Shown here one piece after another: positions 17,110-26,376 of a stretch of DNA of 64,000 nucleotides. Below the pieces are notes generated by a model. That model saw nothing but the letters and a program-made list of their open reading frames with translations. It made no database searches and was not told the DNA's origin. The position numbers and the translations under genes are program-made. Origin of the DNA: a virus; IMG/VR virus record IMGVR_UViG_3300017766_002493, positions 56,124-120,123 of that record; one strand, written 5' to 3'. Position 1 is the stretch's first letter; every line of letters starts with the position of its first letter.

Positions 17110-18194
17110 ATAAAACAAGAGACATAATACAAAAAGAAGCTTTAGATGCACTATTACACAAAAGAAAGGCGGGTATAGCGGTGTCTATGGGGGTAGGGAA
17201 AACGCTTATAGGTCTAAAGCATATGGCTGCGCAGCATACAGAGTATAGCAGGTTTCTAGTTGTAGCATCTAAACAAACAATACTCAAAGAGTGGGTATCA
17301 GAAGCAAGTAAACATGGATTAGATTATCTAATTCCTCATATCAGTCTTACTACATATAGATCTTTAGGAAAACAAAATCTTAATTATAATGTAGTATATC
17401 TAGATGAGTGTCATTCGCTATTATATTCCCACAAAGAGTGGTTAGATAAATATACCAACACTATTGTTGGTTTAACCGGTTCTCCACCAAAGTACTCTGA
17501 ATCAGAAAAGGGTCAAATGGTGGAGGATTATTGTCCAATTGTATACAGTTACAAGACTGATGACGCAATTGATGATAAAATCTTAAATGATTATAGAATA
17601 ATTGTTCATAAGATTCCACTAAGCAAAGTAAAAAACATAAGAGTAGAACTAGCTAAGTCTACATTTTATAACTCAGAAGAAAGTGATTATAATTATTGGT
17701 CTACCAGGGTAGAAAATGCCAAGAATAGAAAAGAAAAACAGATCATGAGTATAATGAGGATGAAAGCTATGATGGAGTATAAAAGCAAAGAACAATTAGC
17801 AATAAATCTTTTGAGAGAAATTGATGACAAGTGTATCCTATTTGCCAATACACAAGAACAAGCTGATAGATTATGTGCTTATAGCTACCACAGCAATAAT
17901 CCTGTATCCGATGAAAATCTATTCCTATTTAAGCTAGGTGAGATTAATAAGTTATCTGCTGTATTACAGCTAAACGAGGGTGTAAATATACCTAATCTAA
18001 AACAAGGTATCATTATGCATGCTTATGGTAACGAGAGAAAATCGGCACAAAGGATTGGTAGATTACTAAGGCTTAATCCAGATGATGTGGCTACGGTACA
18101 TATACTATGTTATCAAAACACAGTTGATGAAAAATGGGTATCTTCAGCTCTTGAAACATTTGATGAATCAAAAATAACTTACAAAGAATCATAA
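17106..18194 (+). CDS. Superfamily 2 (DExH) helicase
   Basis: MGVGKT (motif I), DECH (II), TGS (III), QRIGRLLR (VI). Confidence 0.9.
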   Translation: MNKTRDIIQKEALDALLHKRKAGIAVSMGVGKTLIGLKHMAAQHTEYSRFLVVASKQTILKEWVSEASKHGLDYLIPHISLTTYRSLGKQNLNYNVVYLDECHSLLYSHKEWLDKYTNTIVGLTGSPPKYSESEKGQMVEDYCPIVYSYKTDDAIDDKILNDYRIIVHKIPLSKVKNIRVELAKSTFYNSEESDYNYWSTRVENAKNRKEKQIMSIMRMKAMMEYKSKEQLAINLLREIDDKCILFANTQEQADRLCAYSYHSNNPVSDENLFLFKLGEINKLSAVLQLNEGVNIPNLKQGIIMHAYGNERKSAQRIGRLLRLNPDDVATVHILCYQNTVDEKWVSSALETFDESKITYKES

Positions 18195-18195
18195 C

Positions 18196-18492
18196 ATGGA
18201 AACAGAAGAGTTAATAGACTTGCAAATAGAGAAAGAAATAGAAGAAGCTTTGAGCACGATGAAACAAGATCAATACAAAATATATTTAATAAATGATGAT
18301 CACAATAGTTTTGATCATGTTATTGAAGTATTGATGCTTGTTTGTAAACACGAGCCAATTCAAGCTGAACAATGCGCACTCTTAACACATCACAAAGGAA
18401 GTTGTGAAGTAAAAGTTGGTCCACTTGAAAAGCTTATTCCTATCTACGATGGTTTAACAAGTAATGGTTTAACAGCTAAAATTAACAAGTAA
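18196..18492 (+). CDS. clpS: ClpS-like Clp protease adaptor
   Basis: YLINDDHNSFDHVIEVL...QAEQCALLTHHKGSCEVKVG. Confidence 0.85.
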   Translation: METEELIDLQIEKEIEEALSTMKQDQYKIYLINDDHNSFDHVIEVLMLVCKHEPIQAEQCALLTHHKGSCEVKVGPLEKLIPIYDGLTSNGLTAKINK

Positions 18493-18493
18493 A

Positions 18494-18649
18494 ATGAGTT
18501 ACAAATTAGCTAAAATACAATCTGAATCAAAGGGTAAATGTTTACCTGGTCATAGTCATGTTTATGAAATAATTAAAGGCAGTGGTGCAAATAGTTATAC
18601 TCCTAAATGGAAGTGTAAAATTTGTGGTAACATTGTAAAATCTAACTAA
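18494..18649 (+). CDS. Small Zn-finger-like protein (51 aa)
   Basis: Manual translation includes C...H...WKCKICG. Confidence 0.45.
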   Translation: MSYKLAKIQSESKGKCLPGHSHVYEIIKGSGANSYTPKWKCKICGNIVKSN

Positions 18650-18668
18650 TTATTTTTAAATTTGCTAT

Positions 18669-18965
18669 ATGCCAGTAACATCATTAGAAATAGTAGACAA
18701 AACCATTAAAAAAATCCAATTCATAACTACTAGCATAGATGATCTACTAGAAGTAGAAATATATCTATGCGGAGAAAATTGGAATCCTATTATGAAAATA
18801 GGAAGATCTATTGACGATAGATCTGAAGAAGATTTCCACAAGCAACTGAGAAAAGATGCATCAGAGAAAGGACAATTAGTTAAAAAATATTGTACCGATC
18901 CTGAGTGGAATCCTGATTTTAACCCTGATTTATATGAAAACATACTTCCGAGTGATTTGCCTTGA
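18669..18965 (+). CDS. Hypothetical protein
   Basis: 98-aa ORF. Confidence 0.55.
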   Translation: MPVTSLEIVDKTIKKIQFITTSIDDLLEVEIYLCGENWNPIMKIGRSIDDRSEEDFHKQLRKDASEKGQLVKKYCTDPEWNPDFNPDLYENILPSDLP

Positions 18966-19239
18966 TGCAAGTAACAAGCCCAATGATATACCTAATAGTA
19001 AGTGGGTAAAAAAAGATGAGATATACACAGTAATCCGAGTAGTAAAACTGCCTCTTCAAAACATGGCCATTGGTTATGAACTAGAAGAAATAGATCTCAA
19101 AGACTGTTTTCCTTATCAATTTTTTAGCTCTAATAGATTTGGTATACTCTTGAAAGATGATCAGTGGGCTGAAGAAGTTTTATCTGAGATATTAGAATGC
19201 GCAAAAGAAGAAGCACAATTAGTATCTGATTTAGCATGA
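18934..19239 (+). CDS. Hypothetical protein
   Basis: 101-aa ORF. Confidence 0.6.
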   Translation: MKTYFRVICLDASNKPNDIPNSKWVKKDEIYTVIRVVKLPLQNMAIGYELEEIDLKDCFPYQFFSSNRFGILLKDDQWAEEVLSEILECAKEEAQLVSDLA

Positions 19240-19470
19240 TTTTAAAAGTAATCTCTCCGGGGCGGATCATTACAATGCACACTCTTGTCGGAGTGTGAGC
19301 TCAAGTTGAAGGATATCCATGTTATTATTTACCAACCCGGTGAACCTTGTGGTTTGATTAATAGTAATTAATATAGAAAGTCGTGATCCCTTAAATTCAT
19401 AGCGGCGATGGATATCAAAGACTGACAACTGGGAAAGACCAGTATTTTTTTAATCACAATAATTTTACCA

Positions 19471-19650
19471 ATGACAACATTTAAAGATTTAGTTAAAAAT
19501 AATATTGAAAATTTAGAATCAAGAATTATAACTTTAGGAAAGGTTTATGCAAATGAAAAAGATCCTATAAAAAGATCTCAGCTAAGTAATGAAATACAAG
19601 ATCTTGTTAATACTATGAACAAGCAAACCAAAGTGTTTCTAAATAGATAG
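19471..19650 (+). CDS. Small helical protein (59 aa), paralogue of 22149..22358
   Basis: IENLESRIITLGKVYANEKDPIKRSQLSNEI versus IQELEAKIFELAELYSTTDNPVFKNIINNEI. Confidence 0.55.
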   Translation: MTTFKDLVKNNIENLESRIITLGKVYANEKDPIKRSQLSNEIQDLVNTMNKQTKVFLNR

Positions 19651-19652
19651 CC

Positions 19653-19877
19653 TTGATAAAAGTTATCAATCATAAGGGTATAGAGTTATGTGTAGGGGAT
19701 AAAATAAAAATCATATCTGATAAGATAAACAATAGAACTCTAGTTACAGTAGAACTTAATGAGATAATAACTATATCAGCTTTTTCAGATAATGGTAAGA
19801 TCCTCTACCACCACAACTCACTAGCCCTACCAGTAAACTCTGATGTTTATTTAAAATTAGAAAACAATTATGAATAA
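19653..19877 (+). CDS. Hypothetical protein
   Basis: 74-aa ORF, TTG start. Confidence 0.5.
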   Translation: MIKVINHKGIELCVGDKIKIISDKINNRTLVTVELNEIITISAFSDNGKILYHHNSLALPVNSDVYLKLENNYE

Positions 19878-20427
19878 ATTACTTGTAATATTATTTATAG
19901 GAATATCATTGTCTTTCAATGATGGAAATAAGATTCAAAAGATAATCAACCATGCTAAGTGGCAATCAACACAAGATGTTACTTATGATGGTAGATATAT
20001 GAGAATAAGTTATCCCGGAGGCGATGTTCCTCCTAACATTGGTGTTTGTACCGATGTGATAATAAGAGCTTATCGCTCTGTAAATATAGATCTACAAAAA
20101 TTAATACACGAAGATATAGTAAACAATCCTGGTGTATATAATGTAAAGAAAGTAGATAGCAATATTGATCACAGACGAGTTCCTAATATGAAAAGGTTCT
20201 TAAAGAGGAAAGGTGCTCAAAAATCTGTTACATATAATGAATCAGATTATCTACCAGGTGATATAGTATTTTGGAATGTAGCTGCAGGGCATGTAGGTCT
20301 TGTAACAGATGTAAAAATACCAAATACAAATAGATACCTAGTAGTGCATAACATAGGCGCTGGTCCTCAGATAGAAGATTTTTTATTTAGAGCTCAAATA
20401 GTTGATCACTATAGATGGTTCAATTAA
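19870..20427 (+). CDS. DUF1287 (YijF-like, NlpC/P60-related) protein
   Basis: YPGGDVP..GVCTDVIIRAYR, DSNIDHRRVPN, PGDIVFW...HVG, HNIGAG. Confidence 0.85.
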   Translation: MNKLLVILFIGISLSFNDGNKIQKIINHAKWQSTQDVTYDGRYMRISYPGGDVPPNIGVCTDVIIRAYRSVNIDLQKLIHEDIVNNPGVYNVKKVDSNIDHRRVPNMKRFLKRKGAQKSVTYNESDYLPGDIVFWNVAAGHVGLVTDVKIPNTNRYLVVHNIGAGPQIEDFLFRAQIVDHYRWFN

Positions 20428-20439
20428 AAATTTAAAACT

Positions 20440-21339
20440 ATGAAGAAAATAAAAACCTTCTACACACCTAAGCAAGTGTGCCATGATATGGATGACTCTT
20501 TCTCTAAGAGTCCTTTAAAACCATATCTGTTGATGAAGAAAATTAATGAAGAAGGATACGCTGATTGCTTTGATATTGAAGATAAGTTTAAACCAATAAA
20601 GAAAAAAGATTTTTTATTAGCTCACACTGAAGAATATGTAAATAATGTTTTCAACAAAGAAGGTAATTATAGTAGCAACTCATTACCCTGGAGTAAAAAT
20701 CTTGTAGATAGTTTGCACTATACTACTGGTTCCCTACTAGCAGCAAAAGAGTGGGCTATTAATAATCCAGAAGACATATGCTTTGCTCCTATATCAGGTA
20801 TGCATCATGCTAAACCAACAAGTGGTTCAGGTTTCTGTACTTTTTCTGGTCAAGTAATATCAGCTAGGAAGATCTATAAAAAGTATAAACTATCAGGTGC
20901 TTATCTAGATCTAGATGGTCACTATGGAAATAGTATAGACGATAGTTATAGCTTTGATCACAATATAGTAAAAGCTATACCAAAAGATTGTAATATAAAT
21001 CCTAGAGGAGTCAATGCAAAATACATAGAAGATTTCCAAAACAAGTTAAACAATCTACAAAAAAAGATTCTTAACAATGAAGTTCACTATGTTGTATTTG
21101 CACACGGAGCAGATAGCCATGAAGATGATGACTTAGGAGGTAGTCTTGATACTAAGCATTGGTTAATGGCCGCAGAGGTATTTGCTAATTGGGTAAATGA
21201 TACATCATCAAAATTAGGAAAACCTTTACCGGTAGTCTTATGTCTATTTGGAGGATACAGAAATAATAACTATGACTTTGTACTTGATTTACATTTAAAA
21301 TCTTTATTGAAGTGTAGAGAAATAATTAGAAACAATTAA
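20440..21339 (+). CDS. Histone deacetylase/acetoin-utilisation superfamily (Zn deacetylase)
   Basis: GMHHA, GFC, YLDLDGHYGN, GADSH..D.LG, GGY motifs. Confidence 0.88.
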   Translation: MKKIKTFYTPKQVCHDMDDSFSKSPLKPYLLMKKINEEGYADCFDIEDKFKPIKKKDFLLAHTEEYVNNVFNKEGNYSSNSLPWSKNLVDSLHYTTGSLLAAKEWAINNPEDICFAPISGMHHAKPTSGSGFCTFSGQVISARKIYKKYKLSGAYLDLDGHYGNSIDDSYSFDHNIVKAIPKDCNINPRGVNAKYIEDFQNKLNNLQKKILNNEVHYVVFAHGADSHEDDDLGGSLDTKHWLMAAEVFANWVNDTSSKLGKPLPVVLCLFGGYRNNNYDFVLDLHLKSLLKCREIIRNN

Positions 21340-21341
21340 CT

Positions 21342-21713
21342 ATGAGCACTTTTACAATTGACTTTGCAGAACTATGCTTTTTAGCAGAAGCTTGTATGCC
21401 GCCTAGAAAAATAGTAGAGACTATGTTTTGGCAAAAGCTTACAAGGAAGTATTACAATGTAATGACTCCTGAAGAAAGAGATAAATTATTTGAATATATG
21501 TGGAGAAATGATGTATATAGAGAAGTACTTGAAACAGAACAAGATATTAAAGTATTTCACGCAAGATTCAATCCTCATAATCAATACCAAGTAGATACAA
21601 ATTGTGATGGTGAGCACAACTCTCATCACACTTTTTTACTGGATGGTAAATACTATACCAATATTGGTGCTAGTATCAATGAAAATTATATAATTAAAAT
21701 AACAAAACTATGA
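21342..21713 (+). CDS. Hypothetical protein
   Basis: 123-aa ORF. Confidence 0.6.
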   Translation: MSTFTIDFAELCFLAEACMPPRKIVETMFWQKLTRKYYNVMTPEERDKLFEYMWRNDVYREVLETEQDIKVFHARFNPHNQYQVDTNCDGEHNSHHTFLLDGKYYTNIGASINENYIIKITKL

Positions 21714-22072
21714 CAACAATTTTTTATTTAATGACTCTTATATTCTTAGGTTATGAATTATGGTCAATTACTCATGCTAAGGTATTTGGTGAACTAGTTT
21801 ATGGTCTAAGACAATATAGAGAAGATAAAGCAATAACACCAGAGCTTATGAATGGTTGTGTAATAGCTTTTATCAGTGGTCTTTATATGTTGTGGGCAGT
21901 TGCCGGATTATTTTCGAGTAATGGTAAACTATTTTTATTATTAATATTAATAGGTGGTTTTAGTAATGGTTTGAGGACAATGTTTCCAAGACAATCAACT
22001 ATTATCATTGCTATAGATGCCTTTATATGTTTAGTAATACTATGTGTAATTTTTATTAATCACTTTATTTAA
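21710..22072 (+). CDS. Membrane protein
   Basis: Three to four hydrophobic segments. Confidence 0.6.
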   Translation: MTTIFYLMTLIFLGYELWSITHAKVFGELVYGLRQYREDKAITPELMNGCVIAFISGLYMLWAVAGLFSSNGKLFLLLILIGGFSNGLRTMFPRQSTIIIAIDAFICLVILCVIFINHFI

Positions 22073-22148
22073 AAATACTGGGTGAAAAAAGGCTAGTAGG
22101 TTATTCATTGTCGTGATCCTACTAGTCTACACCCAGGCAATAATAAGC

Positions 22149-22358
22149 ATGAAACATAAAAAGTATTCTATGTTCCAATCTATTCAAGAATTGGAGGCTA
22201 AGATATTTGAGTTGGCGGAGCTCTATTCTACTACGGATAACCCAGTCTTTAAAAACATTATAAATAATGAAATAGAAGCCGCTCAAATAGCAATGAGAAT
22301 TAAAACAAAAGAAGTTATAAAACAATATCACATTAAAAGAGATGGAACAATCAATTAA
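22149..22358 (+). CDS. Small helical protein, paralogue of 19471..19650
   Basis: Start likely ATG 22149 or 22170, because the track start lies inside a hairpin. Confidence 0.55.
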   Translation: MKHKKYSMFQSIQELEAKIFELAELYSTTDNPVFKNIINNEIEAAQIAMRIKTKEVIKQYHIKRDGTIN

Positions 22359-22530
22359 ATCGCTATTAAAAATAGTAATCGTATCTCTATTGATTATGGG
22401 ATATATAAGTTGCATAGTAAACTTTATATCCTGTGATTTTAGAGAACCATTTAAAGCAGAGACTTTCTATGGTATAGGTATATTCACCGGACTAGGTATA
22501 ATATTAGGATGGTTTAACTTTGGAAAATAA
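22342..22530 (+). CDS. Small membrane protein
   Basis: Two TM segments, CDFREPFKAE. Confidence 0.55.
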   Translation: MEQSIKSLLKIVIVSLLIMGYISCIVNFISCDFREPFKAETFYGIGIFTGLGIILGWFNFGK

Positions 22531-22651
22531 AACAATATGAATGAATTTATATGTAGTGTATGTGGTACTAAGTACCGCTCACCAGAATTAACACCACCTC
22601 CAGGAATAAAGTGGAGTGATGGTCATGTATGTACACCTAAACCTGTAGACA

Positions 22652-22867
22652 ATGGAAAATGAGTTTAACCAAGAGGAGTGGAACTCTAAGATAAGAGAAG
22701 CTTCAGCAAAATGGTTTAAAGATAATCCAGATTACAATCCTGGTTTTAACTATTATGATTCAGGAGAAATAACAATACCTGGAGATAGTCAATACTACAG
22801 AGTACCAATGGATATGTGGTATGATTACCATGATGCTAAGTATAACACTAAAATGAACAGAACATGA
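22652..22867 (+). CDS. Hypothetical protein
   Basis: 71-aa ORF. Confidence 0.55.
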   Translation: MENEFNQEEWNSKIREASAKWFKDNPDYNPGFNYYDSGEITIPGDSQYYRVPMDMWYDYHDAKYNTKMNRT

Positions 22868-23229
22868 ATAAAGAATTTGTAACATATGAACAAGCTCTAG
22901 CTCTTAAAGAGCTGGGGTTTGATGAATCTTGTATGGTTTATTATAATAAAAGTAAAAAACTTCATTTTGATAAGTATACTACAAGCACTTGGTCTTCAAC
23001 TTGTGTTGCACCACTCAAACAACAAGCCTTCAGGTTTTTTAGAGAGAAGCATGGTATGCTAGGTTGTATTGAATTTGTAGAACCTGAATATGGTGGTGAT
23101 TATGGGTATAAACTATACTATAAACCAGGTCATCTATATATTGATCACTGGAATAAAGGTTTTAAAACCTATGAAGAAGCAAAACATGCTTGTTTAGATA
23201 AACTAATTGAAATAACTAAAAACAAATAA
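22864..23229 (+). CDS. Hypothetical Bacteroidota-phage protein (EFVTYEQALALKELGFDE family)
   Basis: Recurrent phage motif ...APL.QQAFRFFREK...TYEEA..ACL.KLIE. Confidence 0.65.
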   Translation: MNKEFVTYEQALALKELGFDESCMVYYNKSKKLHFDKYTTSTWSSTCVAPLKQQAFRFFREKHGMLGCIEFVEPEYGGDYGYKLYYKPGHLYIDHWNKGFKTYEEAKHACLDKLIEITKNK

Positions 23230-23230
23230 T

Positions 23231-23467
23231 ATGGAAAATAACACACCAACAGCAGAAGAAATAATAAGTATTGTAGAAGCCACTGTAGCAGCATATAGTA
23301 ACAGTCCTGTTTGGTATAAGACAGACATTAAAAAATATATGATTGAATTTGCTAAACTTCATGTAAAAGCAGCACTTAAAGCTGCTGCAAAAAGTGCAAA
23401 GTTTAGTCTTGAAAGTGGTAAAGGAGAAGTACACTTTGATGTTTATCCATTAACTAATATTAAGTAA
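23231..23467 (+). CDS. Hypothetical protein
   Basis: MIEFAKLHVKAALKAA...YPLTNIK. Confidence 0.6.
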   Translation: MENNTPTAEEIISIVEATVAAYSNSPVWYKTDIKKYMIEFAKLHVKAALKAAAKSAKFSLESGKGEVHFDVYPLTNIK

Positions 23468-23468
23468 C

Positions 23469-23840
23469 ATGCACATATTTAATTTTGCACTATACACATT
23501 AATACTAAGTCATAATCCATGTGATATATTCAAGTATTATCAAGTATCAGAGATGCACGGTCTTAACCTTGCAGATTGTGAAAAGCACACCAACAATACA
23601 GAACAAGCTTACATAGCTGGTTGGTGTAATCTATCTCCTAAAGATAATAAACCATTTGTGTTTATCAACCTAAGTAGATGTACAGATGATGTAGTAACCA
23701 CAGCAACTGTGTTCCATGAGATGATGCACCTAGCAGGTATTGAGTATGAAGGTTGCTGGGATTCTGATGAAGAGAACATGATAACCTTTGCAGAGAATGA
23801 GACCTATAAAGTAGTAGAACTAATTAAACAGAAAAAGTAG
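23469..23840 (+). CDS. Putative zincin-like metallopeptidase
   Basis: VFHEMMH (HExxH) with a downstream EE. Confidence 0.55.
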   Translation: MHIFNFALYTLILSHNPCDIFKYYQVSEMHGLNLADCEKHTNNTEQAYIAGWCNLSPKDNKPFVFINLSRCTDDVVTTATVFHEMMHLAGIEYEGCWDSDEENMITFAENETYKVVELIKQKK

Positions 23841-23841
23841 T

Positions 23842-24063
23842 ATGAAACTAATAACAGATAATGCTTTTGACAAAGCTTGGAAGAACTCATGTCCTACTTG
23901 TGAACCACAACAAGTTAATAGAATACTCTGGTTTAGAGAACAGTGTCATACTTGTGAGCAGCAAGATTTAAAATATGAGAAACAAGAGTTAAAAAATGCA
24001 CTAGCTCTATTAAGATACATGAAAGGAGTAGAAGATGCATTACACGGTAGAAAAAATAACTAA
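23842..24063 (+). CDS. Small CxxC protein
   Basis: CPTC...CHTC. Confidence 0.5.
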   Translation: MKLITDNAFDKAWKNSCPTCEPQQVNRILWFREQCHTCEQQDLKYEKQELKNALALLRYMKGVEDALHGRKNN

Positions 24064-24075
24064 AAACAATTGACT

Positions 24076-24438
24076 ATGAAAACACCTGAAGAATTGGAAA
24101 AGTTAGCAGATGAGAAATACTTAGAGAAAGTAGAAGATATAAATAATTCTACTATAAGAGGATTTATAGTATCTGCTGTCAAAGGTGGGTTTGTTGAGGG
24201 ATATCAACAATGCCAAGAAGATATGGCTGATAAAGAAGCTCAAGACAAAATTAAAGAACATATTTTAAACCATGCAAATAACCAATCTCCAGAAGATAGG
24301 CTTGAAACTGAATTAGCGGCTAAGAAATACACAGAGGAAGATTTAGAAAATGCTTTTAATAGTGGTAGAGGGTATGGTGTACCTGATAATATAAAAGATT
24401 TTAACTCATTCATCAAATCACTAAACAAAAAAGACTAA
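24076..24438 (+). CDS. Hypothetical protein
   Basis: GYQQCQEDMADK...KYTEEDL pattern. Confidence 0.6.
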   Translation: MKTPEELEKLADEKYLEKVEDINNSTIRGFIVSAVKGGFVEGYQQCQEDMADKEAQDKIKEHILNHANNQSPEDRLETELAAKKYTEEDLENAFNSGRGYGVPDNIKDFNSFIKSLNKKD

Positions 24439-24439
24439 T

Positions 24440-24820
24440 ATGAAAACAAAATTATTAATAGCAACAGGTAATGGATGGCACACTGAAGATGGATTTGAAA
24501 TAGATCTACCTTTTATGCCACATATAGGTATGCAAATAAAACTTAATGAAAAAAATATGGAAGAGTGGCAAAATATGCTATATAGATCTAAATCATTTAG
24601 TGAGTATGCTGAAGATTATGGATTTGGTAGTAATGTAGAAGATGTATGGAAATTAACAGCAGGACAATGTAGAAAAATATTTACTAATGGTCGCAATACA
24701 AAAAGAATACCTTATTTTAGTATAGAGGATGTTTTTCTTGTTGATGCTTTATATTTTAAACAAGGAGAAAAGAATAAAGATTCTGATGTATTATATGTAG
24801 TAATGTCTAATAGTCTTTAA
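24440..24820 (+). CDS. Hypothetical protein
   Basis: 126-aa ORF. Confidence 0.6.
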   Translation: MKTKLLIATGNGWHTEDGFEIDLPFMPHIGMQIKLNEKNMEEWQNMLYRSKSFSEYAEDYGFGSNVEDVWKLTAGQCRKIFTNGRNTKRIPYFSIEDVFLVDALYFKQGEKNKDSDVLYVVMSNSL

Positions 24821-24857
24821 TAAACATGGAAGATAAAGTAACTAGAAACTAAAAATT

Positions 24858-24998
24858 ATGATAATACTAAAATACATAATACTGAGCCTATTAGGTTTAA
24901 CACTTGCAGTTTTGGTTATAGCAGGTTTATATATAGTATGGTTTAAGATGCTACCAGATATTTATAAAAACATTAAAGAAACATGGTTGAAAAAGTAA
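24858..24998 (+). CDS. Small single-TM protein (46 aa)
   Basis: MIILKYIILSLLGLTLAVLVIAGLYIVWFKML...; flanked by an imperfect direct repeat. Confidence 0.45.
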   Translation: MIILKYIILSLLGLTLAVLVIAGLYIVWFKMLPDIYKNIKETWLKK

Positions 24999-25108
24999 CT
25001 AGAAAGTCTATGCTCATCAGACCTAGTGGCAAAGCTGAGTATATAAGACAGTGGACTGAACTACATGATGAGATAATACCATGGAATAAGATTAGGTATA
25101 TATTTTAA
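24983..25108 (+). pseudogene. Probable internally deleted remnant of a spore-photoproduct-lyase-like radical SAM gene
   Basis: MVEKVTRKSMLIRPSG fused to ...LHDEIIPWNKIRYIF; from recall, these resemble the N- and C-termini of phage SplB-like proteins. Confidence 0.4.
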
Positions 25109-25118
25109 AACTAAAACA

Positions 25119-25367
25119 ATGAAAATCAATTTAAAAAATCACTCAAAAGATTTGTTGCAGCTTTTAAAGCTGAAGAAGGATTTGATTAGTAATCCTGAGT
25201 TAAAAAAATATAGTAAACTAATAGGAAAAGTTATACATCTATATGAAGAAATAGAAGTTGATACAGAATTATCTGGCGAGTGTATACTAGAACTAGATAA
25301 ACCTAGACAAGAAGCTATAGAAGAAAGAAATCACATGTTAAGTTTTATAAAAGAAGAAGATGACTAA
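25119..25367 (+). CDS. Hypothetical protein
   Basis: 82-aa ORF. Confidence 0.55.
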   Translation: MKINLKNHSKDLLQLLKLKKDLISNPELKKYSKLIGKVIHLYEEIEVDTELSGECILELDKPRQEAIEERNHMLSFIKEEDD

Positions 25368-25605
25368 AGAAATAAGAAACAATGCTATTGCTGTTTACAT
25401 GAGTGATACAAGAAAGAATCTTAAGTATGATAAATCTTGGGACTGGTTAATACCAGTGTGGTCAAAGATAAGAATGGAGATGTCTATAGCAACTGTTGTT
25501 AATGCTGTAAGTTGTATTGATATAAATGATATAGATAAGTTCTTTGAGATTGTATCAAACACAGCTATAATCTGGTGTAATCAGAACAAAATAAAACTAC
25601 AATGA
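25360..25605 (+). CDS. Hypothetical protein (YDKSWDWLIPV family)
   Basis: Recurrent Bacteroidota-phage motif. Confidence 0.6.
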   Translation: MTKEIRNNAIAVYMSDTRKNLKYDKSWDWLIPVWSKIRMEMSIATVVNAVSCIDINDIDKFFEIVSNTAIIWCNQNKIKLQ

Positions 25606-26009
25606 GTAATAAACACAACATATTCCATGGTCAATTTATACCAACTGAAAGTGGCAGCCTTGTGCCTGCTACAAAAGCTACGGCAATTAGGTTTGATGAG
25701 TTTAAAAAATCTTTGGACTATAATCAAAAGGTAGAGGTATTTATGGAAGCTGATGTAGATAATGCTACGGTTCCTCAAATAGCTAAGATCCATGTATGCA
25801 TTAGAGAACTATCTATGTATACAGGTGAAAGCTTTGAGGATACAAAGCTTCATATAAAGAAACATGCTGGTTTGTGTGTAGAAAAGAGTTTAGATGGTAG
25901 CAATTTTCTAATCTGTAAATCTTTTGCAGATTGTAGTAAAGATGAATTAGCGTTAGCAATAGAAGCTATTATACAAATAGGTGATGAGTGTGGAATCAAC
26001 TTTCGATAA
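25602..26009 (+). CDS. NinB/Orf-like hypothetical protein
   Basis: Q.AKIH..IREL...TG..FE..K...K...KSFADCSKDEL. Confidence 0.45.
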   Translation: MSNKHNIFHGQFIPTESGSLVPATKATAIRFDEFKKSLDYNQKVEVFMEADVDNATVPQIAKIHVCIRELSMYTGESFEDTKLHIKKHAGLCVEKSLDGSNFLICKSFADCSKDELALAIEAIIQIGDECGINFR

Positions 26010-26334
26010 CATTAGCTTTTTCTTTTAATGTTCTAAGAGCTTCTTCATTTAAATCTTTTGGATCAATCTCAAACTCTTTATCAACATAAAGATTTTGCTT
26101 CTTAGCTTGAGATTCTATCTCAAAGATAAGAGCATGAACAGTTTGCATATTGTATTCAAACTCATTAGCAGCGGGCTCAGAAGTTTGCATCTTTCTATAT
26201 GCTTCTTCTACTTCCTCTTTGCTTTTGTTAACGATAAGACTAAAAGCTAAACTTTGAACACGAGCTACAAATTTACCAGGTATCTCAAGTTTTACAATCT
26301 TATCATTCTCTAGTATGGGCATCTTTATTTTCAT
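25996..26334 (-). CDS. Hypothetical protein, counter-oriented
   Basis: Start likely ATG 26334, preceded by a minus-strand TATATTTG promoter-like element. Confidence 0.6.
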   Translation of the reverse strand: MKIKMPILENDKIVKLEIPGKFVARVQSLAFSLIVNKSKEEVEEAYRKMQTSEPAANEFEYNMQTVHALIFEIESQAKKQNLYVDKEFEIDPKDLNEEALRTLKEKANVIES

Positions 26335-26376
26335 GCTCAAATATAAAAAATTTATTATAAACATAAAAAGTTTAAT

